NCBI GenBank assembly: GCA_034715975.1
Contig: JAYEFP010000105.1
Location: 1 to 33,365, forward strand
From: Candidatus Bipolaricaulota bacterium
GTDB taxonomy: Bacteria; Bipolaricaulota; Bipolaricaulia; UBA7950; UBA9294
Length of the DNA: 33,365 nt
Reading direction: 5' to 3'
Below are positions 1 to 6,762 of the stretch, in pieces (position 1 is the stretch's first letter; each line of letters starts with the position of its first letter). The position numbers were made by a program, and so were the translations under genes. The notes below the pieces were generated by a model that made no database searches, had not been told where the DNA came from, and saw only the letters and a list, made by a program, of their open reading frames with translations.

Positions 1-717
1 GTGTATACGGCACCGATGGTCGATTCCTGTGCCGGACAGAATGTCTGCATTACCCTCGTTGCGACCGACAACTGCGGTGCACAGGGTAGAGATTCCTTCA
101 TCCTACACATCAACAACGTCAACCGTCCGCCGATCATCAGTGCGGGTAACGACATCGTTGTCGATGAAGGTGTAACGATCCAGCTCTGCGCAACCGCGTC
201 CGATCCGGATGGAGATGCTCTCAAGTGCCACTGGAGCATCCCTTACGGTAAAGGTCTGCTGAACGACCGGATGCTCCTAAGTCCGGTGTTCACAGCTCCG
301 CTCACCGGTGCCTGCGAAGGCGAGGACATCGTCCTTATGCTGACGGTCATCGATAGCTGCGGTGCGAGTACGGAGGACAGCGTGACTATTCATGTGCGCA
401 ACGTGAACGCGTCACCGATCGTCGAACTCGGTCCGGGCTTCTCGATGAAAGAAGCGACTGCATGCATCCTGCACGCGGTCGCCACCGATCCGGAATGCGG
501 TCCGCTCACCTACTACTGGGCGGCCTCTGCTGGCACCTTCGACGATGCCTTCTCCGCCATGCCCTGCTTCACAGCGCCTCTTGTTGGTCCTTGTGAAGGG
601 GAGAACGTCTCCGTCAGTTTAACGGTGACCGACACATGCGGAGCGAGTACATGCGATTCATTTATGATTCACGTCGAAAACGTGAACACACCTCCAGTCG
701 TCAAGGCGGATCCGTAA
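1..717 (+). CDS. C-terminal fragment of a large secreted/surface protein built from Cys-containing PKD/Ig-like tandem repeats (5' end outside window)
   Basis: ORF open at the left edge, stop TAA 715-717. A 93-95 aa unit recurs at aa 2, 97 and 190: [YF]TAP..C.G..V...L.V.D.CGA...DS..IH[IV].NVN..P[IV]. 'DPDGDALKCHW' and 'DPECGPLTYYW' resemble the D.DG..L.Y.W element of PKD-type domains. A strong hairpin follows. Confidence 0.7.
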   Translation: MYTAPMVDSCAGQNVCITLVATDNCGAQGRDSFILHINNVNRPPIISAGNDIVVDEGVTIQLCATASDPDGDALKCHWSIPYGKGLLNDRMLLSPVFTAPLTGACEGEDIVLMLTVIDSCGASTEDSVTIHVRNVNASPIVELGPGFSMKEATACILHAVATDPECGPLTYYWAASAGTFDDAFSAMPCFTAPLVGPCEGENVSVSLTVTDTCGASTCDSFMIHVENVNTPPVVKADP

Positions 718-747
718 GGATCCGAGAAACAGAAGCGACGTTGGCTG

Positions 748-779
748 ATCTGCTCCGCCTATTCGTAGGCGGAGCAGAT
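748..779. terminator. Bidirectional intrinsic-terminator-like hairpin between convergent genes
   Basis: Perfect 13-bp stem atctgctccgcct (748-760) / aggcggagcagat (767-779) with loop attcgt. T-rich tail tgcttcttct on the plus strand. Lies between the stop at 717 (+) and the stop at 822 (-). Confidence 0.6.
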
Positions 780-821
780 TGCTTCTTCTGGCACTCCAAA
801 GATCACAGTTCTTTGCGCTGA

Positions 822-1130
822 TCACTTGTCCCTTGCTCGTTTCTCTAGCCATTGCTTAAATGAACGCTGGCTTTCGCCGGAGGCCCTTCCGAACACCAAG
901 TTCTCCACACTGATATCTTCATCGAGGTCTGGCCAATGAATACCTTCCCCATTTCCTATCAGCCGCCAGGTATTGCGCTCCACCGGTGTACCATGCAACA
1001 GGCGCGGATACCAAGTAAGTGGTATAGAGATAGTACGTCCATCGCTCAACTCGACTGTAAGCGCATCTTCTGTAATAGTGATATTTCGGGTGCTAGCTAC
1101 TTGCACTACCTCAGTTTTCAAAGTATTCAT
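822..1130 (-). CDS. DUF2442-family small protein
   Basis: 'ITEDALTVELSDGRTISIPLTWYPRLLHGTPVERNTWRLIGNGEGIHWPDLDEDISVENLV' matches the DUF2442 pattern as I remember it. Start moved to ATG 1130-1128 (MNTLKTEV...), preceded by GGAGGTGGA. The longer 155-aa ORF would overlap most of the upstream gene. Confidence 0.75.
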   Translation of the reverse strand: MNTLKTEVVQVASTRNITITEDALTVELSDGRTISIPLTWYPRLLHGTPVERNTWRLIGNGEGIHWPDLDEDISVENLVFGRASGESQRSFKQWLEKRARDK

Positions 1131-1347
1131 TCCACCTCCTCTGAAAGGCCTCTTGATTTTCCTCCACAAGTTTCCGAATTCGATTAAGCTCCTTACCACT
1201 AACCCCTCTACTACTTTGCAATCTAACGGGGTCGAGCCAGAACTTTGCCACCTTATCATCCCTTTCGACGTGTACATGAGGAGGCTCATTACGATCCCCG
1301 GCGTAGAAGAAGAATCTGTAAGGCCCGATTTGTACTAGCGTTGGCAT
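1111..1347 (-). CDS. DUF4160-family small protein
   Basis: 'IGPYRFFFYAGDRNEPPHVHVERDDKVAKFWLDP' is the hallmark DUF4160 core (..F.FY..D...PH.HV). Stop TGA 1113-1111 overlaps the DUF2442 gene by 20 nt. GGGAGAAAAGT precedes the ATG. Confidence 0.75.
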   Translation of the reverse strand: MPTLVQIGPYRFFFYAGDRNEPPHVHVERDDKVAKFWLDPVRLQSSRGVSGKELNRIRKLVEENQEAFQRRWNEYFEN

Positions 1348-1379
1348 ACTTTTCTCCCATCCATTACGGCCGCATCAGC

Positions 1380-1409
1380 ATGGTACACCTGTTTCTGTTC
1401 CGTTGTCAA
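1380..1409 (-). promoter_or_regulatory. Candidate sigma70-type promoter for the DUF4160/DUF2442 pair
   Basis: On the minus strand: TTGACA (1409-1404), 18-nt spacer, TACCAT (1385-1380), about 30 nt upstream of the ATG at 1347. Confidence 0.3.
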
Positions 1410-1460
1410 CTGCTTCCAGCATGCGATGTTTCTAGCCTAGCATACCCGTGTCAGCCGCCG

Positions 1461-2006
1461 CTAAGCCCGCTCTTCTTGGAACAAGGCACAGATAACCTCC
1501 CCCGGCGGACACTCGTGCTGCGTGAGTGATTTCAGGACGGCCTCTCCTATCGGGTTCTCTCTTACGAGTGCGTGCGCCACATGTAGGTGCAGGCACTTGA
1601 TCCGCGTGAAGTCTGCTATTCCACCAATGCCTCGCTCTAGCAGTGCATGCAACATTGCATTCTCTTCAAGAAACGCGATATCGTCACGCGAAAGGAGACG
1701 CATGCGCTCTTCAATGTAGGAACGATGTGCGCGCGCTAGTCGCGCGGCGAGATTTGGATCACGACGGACCTCCTCTTCGAGCCGACCGATCATTCCATCC
1801 GCCTCAAGAGACGCGATCACGCGTGAAAGAAACGGGCAGGTGAGCCAGTACAGGGTCGGGAACGGTTTGCCATCTAGTAGCGGATAGACGGTCACTACCT
1901 GCGGATAGCCGTGCACACAGCGCTTGGATATCGCCACCAAACCGCGCGGTGGACGCCCAAGCTGGCGAGCAATGATTTTCGTATCTTTTAGCGAGACAGG
2001 TTCCAT
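1461..2006 (-). CDS. DUF501-family protein
   Basis: 'GYPQVVTVYPLLDGKPFPTLYWLTCPFL' matches the conserved DUF501 core (PFPT.YWLTCP). Its ATG at 2006 overlaps the upstream LplA-like gene by 19 nt. Confidence 0.7.
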   Translation of the reverse strand: MEPVSLKDTKIIARQLGRPPRGLVAISKRCVHGYPQVVTVYPLLDGKPFPTLYWLTCPFLSRVIASLEADGMIGRLEEEVRRDPNLAARLARAHRSYIEERMRLLSRDDIAFLEENAMLHALLERGIGGIADFTRIKCLHLHVAHALVRENPIGEAVLKSLTQHECPPGEVICALFQEERA

Positions 2007-2731
2007 TCGTCACTCTCATACTTGTCGATTTGCAGTCGCTTGGCACATTTCAACTCTTCCTCGGTGTAGCTTCCTTCTCGCAGTTCTTGGTCCATGCCGT
2101 CAGCAAGCTCCTCATTTAGCGTCCGGGTAAGGATTTCCAGCCTGATGCCAGAAGTTATCTGCGATAGGCAGGCGACCGACCTGGGATGGGACGCGACGAA
2201 ATCGGGTTTGTACGATTTGTGCATGGCAAGGAGGACGCTGTCGATCGGAACATGGGATGGGAAGACGAGAAGTGTCGTGTGATAGAGGAGGATACTTCCT
2301 CTTCTTGCCTGTGCTGCTCCCGCAATCTTCTTCTCGCCGATCAGGAGAGTGTTCCCTTCCACGTTGGCATCGATACCAATTTCTGATAACGCACTTACAA
2401 TCATCCCTCCGATCGCAGTGTAGGCTCCAGAGACGGTGCCAAGGTGTCTTCCGTCTCTTAGAAACAGCGACAGGTTCAGGTTCCCCGGGTAGTGATAAAC
2501 GGCTCCGCCCCCGCTGATGCGGCGGCGCACAGGGATGGAAAGATCTCGCAGGTGAGCAAGGTCGACTTCGCTTCTGGCCGACTGTGACCTTCCGATGATC
2601 ACGGATCTCTTGTTCACCCATATGCGGAGGATGTCGTCCGTCCCATCTCCTATGCCTGCGAAAAGCGCCTCTTCAAGAGCCAGCCCGAGTGCAGGGTCTA
2701 TCGGGTTAAGGTCAACGATCAGTCGGAGCAT
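1988..2731 (-). CDS. Lipoate-protein ligase family protein, catalytic (BPL/LplA/LipB) domain only; LplA-, LipL- or LipM-like
   Basis: 'RRRISGGGAVYHYPGN' (RR.SGGGAV.H motif) and 'GEKKIAGAAQ' (lipoyl-AMP-binding lysine motif) align by eye with the E. coli LplA N-terminal domain. At 247 aa it lacks the LplA C-terminal accessory domain. Confidence 0.8.
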   Translation of the reverse strand: MLRLIVDLNPIDPALGLALEEALFAGIGDGTDDILRIWVNKRSVIIGRSQSARSEVDLAHLRDLSIPVRRRISGGGAVYHYPGNLNLSLFLRDGRHLGTVSGAYTAIGGMIVSALSEIGIDANVEGNTLLIGEKKIAGAAQARRGSILLYHTTLLVFPSHVPIDSVLLAMHKSYKPDFVASHPRSVACLSQITSGIRLEILTRTLNEELADGMDQELREGSYTEEELKCAKRLQIDKYESDEWNLSR

Positions 2732-3591
2732 GCGGGAATTGTCTGCGCAGCATGGTACGAGCTTCGCACGAGCGGCCCGGATATGACGAAGCAGAACCCA
2801 AGATCACGTGCTTCATCCGCGAGTGATGCGAATTCATCCGGATGGACGTAGCGTACAAGCGGTGCTGCATTATGCGATGGCTGGAGGTATTGACCGAGCG
2901 TCAGCGCCCTTACGCCTGCTTCACGCAGATCGCGTAGGGTATCAATCACCTCGCTTCGTTTCTCACCAAGGCCGAGCATGAGGGAGCTTTTGGTGATCGT
3001 AGTAGGCGAGATCTCTCTTATGCGTGCAAGGACGCCCATTGACTGGTCGTAACCAGCGCGCGGATCACGGAGTCCGGGGGAGAGCCTGCGCACGGTCTCG
3101 ATGTTATGGCCAATGACGTCGGGAGCACTGGCAATGAGCGTACGCAAGGCTTCATCACTCCCGGAGAAGTCGGGGATGAGCGCCTCGACCTTGATCTTAG
3201 GTGAACGTCTCTTGATCTCAGCGATTGCCGCCGCAAACAGGGAGGCTCCTCCGTCCACAAGGTCATCCCGATCGACGGATGTCAGGACAACGTAAGCGAG
3301 GTTGAGATCGGCGATTGCGTCGGCCACTCTCGTTGGTTCATCCTCATCGATCACACCGTGTGGGTTCCCGGTGGGAACGGCGCAGAAACGGCACGCTCGC
3401 GTGCATACACTCCCAAGGAGCATGAACGTCGCCGTCCGCGCTCCCCAGCATTCAGCCGCGTTCGGACAGCGTGCCGCCTGGCACACGGTGGTCAGGTGAT
3501 GCTTAGAAAGCACGTCGCGCACTGCGTGCATTCCCGCTGCTTCTGCTGCGGTGTGGGCTCTTACCTTTAACCACGCTGGGCGATCAGTCAT
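2719..3591 (-). CDS. lipA: Lipoyl synthase (radical SAM)
   Basis: Auxiliary-cluster motif C.{4}C.{5}C ('CQAARCPNAAEC') and radical-SAM motif C...C..C ('CTRACRFC'). Typical 290-aa length. Overlaps the lipB stop by 8 nt. Confidence 0.93.
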   Translation of the reverse strand: MTDRPAWLKVRAHTAAEAAGMHAVRDVLSKHHLTTVCQAARCPNAAECWGARTATFMLLGSVCTRACRFCAVPTGNPHGVIDEDEPTRVADAIADLNLAYVVLTSVDRDDLVDGGASLFAAAIAEIKRRSPKIKVEALIPDFSGSDEALRTLIASAPDVIGHNIETVRRLSPGLRDPRAGYDQSMGVLARIREISPTTITKSSLMLGLGEKRSEVIDTLRDLREAGVRALTLGQYLQPSHNAAPLVRYVHPDEFASLADEARDLGFCFVISGPLVRSSYHAAQTIPACSD

Positions 3592-4264
3592 CGATATTCC
3601 TCCAGTACTTATCCGGATCCTCTGCCACGATCTCCCAACCGAAGATCACTTCCATGTGCTCTAGCAGCCGCTGCGTGACATCTTCCATCGTTATCGGCTC
3701 CGAGACGAGGTCAACGAGGGAGGCCATTTCAATCGGAAGACCGCACGGGTTGATCATGGCAAAGTGGTCCTTGTTGACATCGACATTGAATGCCAGGCCG
3801 TGTTGCGTTACCCAATGGCGAACGGAGACGCCGATCGAGGCGATCTTGCGTTCCCCGACCCAGACCCCGGGATAGCCCGCGCGGCGTGCAGCTTCCACCT
3901 TGTAGTCCGCGCATAGATCGATCATCGCCTGCTCAAGGGACGCAATGTAACGTTTGATGTCACGCCCGTAATCGCGCAGGTCGATTATCGGGTAACAGAC
4001 GAGTTGGCCCGGACCATGGTAGGTGATGTCGCCGCCCCTCTCGATCTCGTACACCGGAATCCCTGCTCGTTTCCTCTCCTGCTCTGACACGCGGATATTG
4101 GTTTGTGAGCCGCTTCGCCCGATGGTGAACACTGGATCGTGCTCCACCGTGATCAGAATATCATCGATCTCGCCTTGACAGCGCATTTGGTGCAGCCGCT
4201 GCTGCAGGGCGTAAGCGCTGGCATAATCGGTTCGCCCAAGCGCAAGGTGAATAACGCGTTTCAT
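3584..4264 (-). CDS. lipB: Octanoyl-[ACP]:protein N-octanoyltransferase
   Basis: 'RGGDITYHGPGQLVCYPI', 'RKIASIGV', 'HGLAFNV' and 'NPCG' (catalytic Cys) are LipB hallmarks. Start placed at ATG 4264 (MKRVIHLALGR...), directly after the upstream stop at 4266-4268. The longer ORF would overlap the upstream gene. Confidence 0.88.
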   Translation of the reverse strand: MKRVIHLALGRTDYASAYALQQRLHQMRCQGEIDDILITVEHDPVFTIGRSGSQTNIRVSEQERKRAGIPVYEIERGGDITYHGPGQLVCYPIIDLRDYGRDIKRYIASLEQAMIDLCADYKVEAARRAGYPGVWVGERKIASIGVSVRHWVTQHGLAFNVDVNKDHFAMINPCGLPIEMASLVDLVSEPITMEDVTQRLLEHMEVIFGWEIVAEDPDKYWRNIDD

Positions 4265-4265
4265 G

Positions 4266-4511
4266 CTAGGAGGAAAGCTCCGCCAGTCGATCACCGACAC
4301 GTGCTTTCTCCCCTGCTTTGCGTAGGATGTGCTTGATCCGTCCTGCGACAGAGGCATCGACGATAAACGTGGTCTTCTCCGTTTCTACCTCCACGAGGTC
4401 GTCGCCTACCGCGAAAGCTGCTCCCTCGCCCTTCAGCCACTCCACAATTGCTACCTCATCCACTTCGCCCAAATCAGGCAAGTGAAGGTAGTTGTCATCT
4501 CTTCCTTCCAT
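4266..4511 (-). CDS. Stand-alone lipoyl/biotinyl-attachment domain protein (about 81 aa)
   Basis: 'VAIVEWLKGEGAAFAVGDDLVEVETEKTTFIVDASVAGRI' has the E2/GcvH-type hairpin with the modifiable Lys in E-T-E-K. Start placed at ATG 4511, 6 nt downstream of AGGAGG. Confidence 0.75.
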   Translation of the reverse strand: MEGRDDNYLHLPDLGEVDEVAIVEWLKGEGAAFAVGDDLVEVETEKTTFIVDASVAGRIKHILRKAGEKARVGDRLAELSS

Positions 4512-4625
4512 CGATCTCCTCCTCATGGCCAGCAGTCGGTCAACACGAGTTTCTGATGAGGATACTAGCAGATTGAGGCTTGCCTTTCATCTTGCCCCGT
4601 TATCCGCAAGCGCGTATAGTAGATT

Positions 4626-4686
4626 GCGCTTGGTCACGCTTCGGTTCCTGCGCGCCGCGCTTGGTCACGCTTTGGTTCCTGCGCGC
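4626..4686. repeat. Tandem direct repeat, 2 x 30 nt with 31-nt period, in a divergent intergenic region
   Basis: gcgcttggtcacgcttcggttcctgcgcgc (4626-4655), then c, then gcgcttggtcacgctttggttcctgcgcgc (4657-4686). One mismatch. Confidence 0.9.
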
Positions 4687-4724
4687 AAGGATCAGGCATA
4701 GCGAGCCACAATGAGGGAGTGCTG

Positions 4725-5330
4725 ATGCAAGTAGTCAAGGAAAGCGACGAGCGCCTGCAGGGCATGATACAGGCGCTTCTTGAAACAGGTGGGACGCTCA
4801 TCTTCCCCACTGACACGGTGTACGGGATAGGCGGGGGCCCGTGGGACGAGCGTACGCTTGCGCAGGTGCGCAGGATGAAGGGCCGCGTGGTTTCACAACC
4901 ATTTACCCTTCACCTGCCTTCGATTGAGGCGATCGAGCGCTTCGCGCATGTCGATGAGTGTATGCAACGAGTACTGGCGCGCTTCCTTCCCGGGCCAATA
5001 ACGTTTATCCTCCCTGCCACCAAGGATGCCCCTCCGGCTACGGTATTGAAAGGAAACGTGGGAATTCGCGTGCCAGCGCACCCATTCTTTCAATTGACAA
5101 TGCGCGAGCTTGATCGGCCTCTCTTTGGAACGAGTGTCAATCGCGCGGGGGAGGCCCCGCTTCATAGTATCGAGATGATGATCGAGCAGTTCTCCGGGGT
5201 TGATCTCCTCGTTGAGGGAGAGACGTGCACGGGCGTCCCGCCGGGGACAGGCGTCCCATCAGCCATTGTCGACCTCACAACCGATCCTCCCCAGGCACTG
5301 CGCGGAAAGCTTCCCAAGGATCTGATGTGA
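4725..5330 (+). CDS. tsaC: L-threonylcarbamoyladenylate synthase (YrdC/TsaC type)
   Basis: 'LIFPTDTVYGIGG' and 'KGR...QPFTLH' are YrdC-domain motifs. ATG 4725 lies 5 nt after GAGGGAG; an alternative GTG is at 4719. Confidence 0.82.
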   Translation: MQVVKESDERLQGMIQALLETGGTLIFPTDTVYGIGGGPWDERTLAQVRRMKGRVVSQPFTLHLPSIEAIERFAHVDECMQRVLARFLPGPITFILPATKDAPPATVLKGNVGIRVPAHPFFQLTMRELDRPLFGTSVNRAGEAPLHSIEMMIEQFSGVDLLVEGETCTGVPPGTGVPSAIVDLTTDPPQALRGKLPKDLM

Positions 5331-6184
5331 CCCGTCTATCCGCGCTTGCTCTCCTTTCGATAACTGTCATTTGGGGCTGGACGTTCGTTCTTGTGAAGCA
5401 GGGGGTGTCGGAGGTTGGTCCGCTTTCTTTTCTCGCCGCTCGTTTTGGCGTTGCGTTCCTCGTCCTGGCAATACCGTTGCACGGGACACTACGACGCATC
5501 GACCGCCGCTCTCTCATTCGTGGGTCGGCGGTGGGCATAGCGCTATTCCTTGGGTATCTGTTTCAAACATGGGGACTGATGTACACAACAGCGACGAAGA
5601 GCGGCCTGCTCACCGGTCTGTCGGTGGTAATAGTACCAATCGTCGCATCCATCTTGCTGCACAGGCGCGTGCAGTTGACGGTGTGGTTGGGGGCTCTGTT
5701 CGCCTCGGGAGGACTGTTCCTCCTTGTTGCGGGCAACGGTCAGTTTGGAGCGATGAACAAGGGTGACGTGCTCACTCTCGCTTGTGCCGTTAGCTTTGCA
5801 TTGCACATCATCCTTGTCGATCGTTTCGTGCGTCGCAGCGACTATCGCCAGCTTCTTCTCGTGCAGGTAGGCGTTGTTAGCCTGTTGAGCCTGATCGGAG
5901 CACTAGCCGTGGAGCGGAGTGTTCCCGCTCTCTCCGGTTCTCTTATCGAGGGGATACTGGTGACGGGCGTTCTGGCTACGGCTGTGGCATTTTACGTGCT
6001 GAACCGATTCCAGTCATCTTCCACGGCTTCGTACACGGCGATCATTCTCACTATGGAGCCTGCCTTCGCTGCTCTGTTTGGCTTTCTCTTGTTGGGGGAA
6101 ACAATGGGCCCCTCTCAATGGATGGGAGGCGCGATGATCCTCATGGGAATGGCGATTCCATCTATCTGGAAGCAGCCTGCATAG
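5327..6184 (+). CDS. EamA/DMT-family transporter
   Basis: About ten hydrophobic helices arranged as two EamA-like halves. GTG 5327 overlaps the tsaC stop (GTGA), with AAGGA 6 nt upstream. The ORF portion upstream of 5327 overlaps tsaC and is Arg/Pro-rich. Confidence 0.75.
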   Translation: MTRLSALALLSITVIWGWTFVLVKQGVSEVGPLSFLAARFGVAFLVLAIPLHGTLRRIDRRSLIRGSAVGIALFLGYLFQTWGLMYTTATKSGLLTGLSVVIVPIVASILLHRRVQLTVWLGALFASGGLFLLVAGNGQFGAMNKGDVLTLACAVSFALHIILVDRFVRRSDYRQLLLVQVGVVSLLSLIGALAVERSVPALSGSLIEGILVTGVLATAVAFYVLNRFQSSSTASYTAIILTMEPAFAALFGFLLLGETMGPSQWMGGAMILMGMAIPSIWKQPA

Positions 6185-6191
6185 GGAGTGT

Positions 6192-6221
6192 TTGCCTCTG
6201 TGGTGCCGGACCCACTATAAT
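6192..6221 (+). promoter_or_regulatory. Candidate sigma70-type promoter
   Basis: TTGCCT (6192-6197), 18-nt spacer, TATAAT (6216-6221), 20 nt upstream of the ATG at 6241. Confidence 0.3.
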
Positions 6222-6240
6222 GTTTCCATGGTGAAGAGAG

Positions 6241-6762
6241 ATGACTAACGCTCCTGACATTCTCACGGCGTCGCGGGGTGTGATTGCTGCACTCATAATT
6301 GTACTTGGTCTTGTTGGTCCACGCGCACTCGGCTGGGTCATCTTCCTCACGATGATAGGATGGACCACAGACATTCTTGACGGCCGTCTCGCCCGCCGTC
6401 AACACAAGGGGCCAACATGGATAGGAGAGCATGAGTTTGCCTTTGACATGATGATGGTCTTCGCTGCCTTGTGCTACCTTGTGATGGCCGGCTTTGTCCC
6501 CGTCCTGCCAGCGGGGATCTACGTAACTGTGGCACTTCTGTTCATCATTCTATTCCAGTCGAAGTCGGTTACAATGTCATTTGCCTTCCCCTTGGTTGCA
6601 CTTCCGCTCATCGTCGCCTACGTTCGCTCCCCGAGTGCTGCCTACATCTATATTGCGTGGATCGTGCTCGCCCTCCTCTACGATTGGCGACGATTCTTCG
6701 GTGTGGTGCGGGAGTTTATCGAGAACATCAAGAAGTTGTACCAGCGCTTCAGCACAGATTAG
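6241..6762 (+). CDS. Small CDP-alcohol phosphatidyltransferase-like membrane protein (divergent motif)
   Basis: '[11 protein letters not shown]' matches D..DG..AR. The downstream G...D...D part is not at canonical spacing ('...IGEHEFAFD'). The protein is multi-helical and hydrophobic. Confidence 0.55.
   Translation: MTNAPDILTASRGVIAALIIVLGLVGPRALGWVIFLTMIGWTTDILDGRLARRQHKGPTWIGEHEFAFDMMMVFAALCYLVMAGFVPVLPAGIYVTVALLFIILFQSKSVTMSFAFPLVALPLIVAYVRSPSAAYIYIAWIVLALLYDWRRFFGVVREFIENIKKLYQRFSTD

Noticed and set aside
708-723. GGATCC-gtaa-GGATCC hairpin enclosing the stop codon of the repeat protein.
   Set aside because: A 6-bp stem formed by a self-complementary restriction-site hexamer repeated twice. 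It is probably incidental next to the much stronger hairpin at 748-779.
636-852. Short ORFs 636-821 (+) and 658-852 (-) spanning the terminator region.
   Set aside because: They run through the end of the repeat-protein gene and the terminator hairpin, have no RBS and resemble no protein family.
4626-4686. Could the tandem repeat be a tiny CRISPR array?
   Set aside because: There are only two copies, separated by 1 nt with no spacers, and no cas genes occur anywhere in the window.
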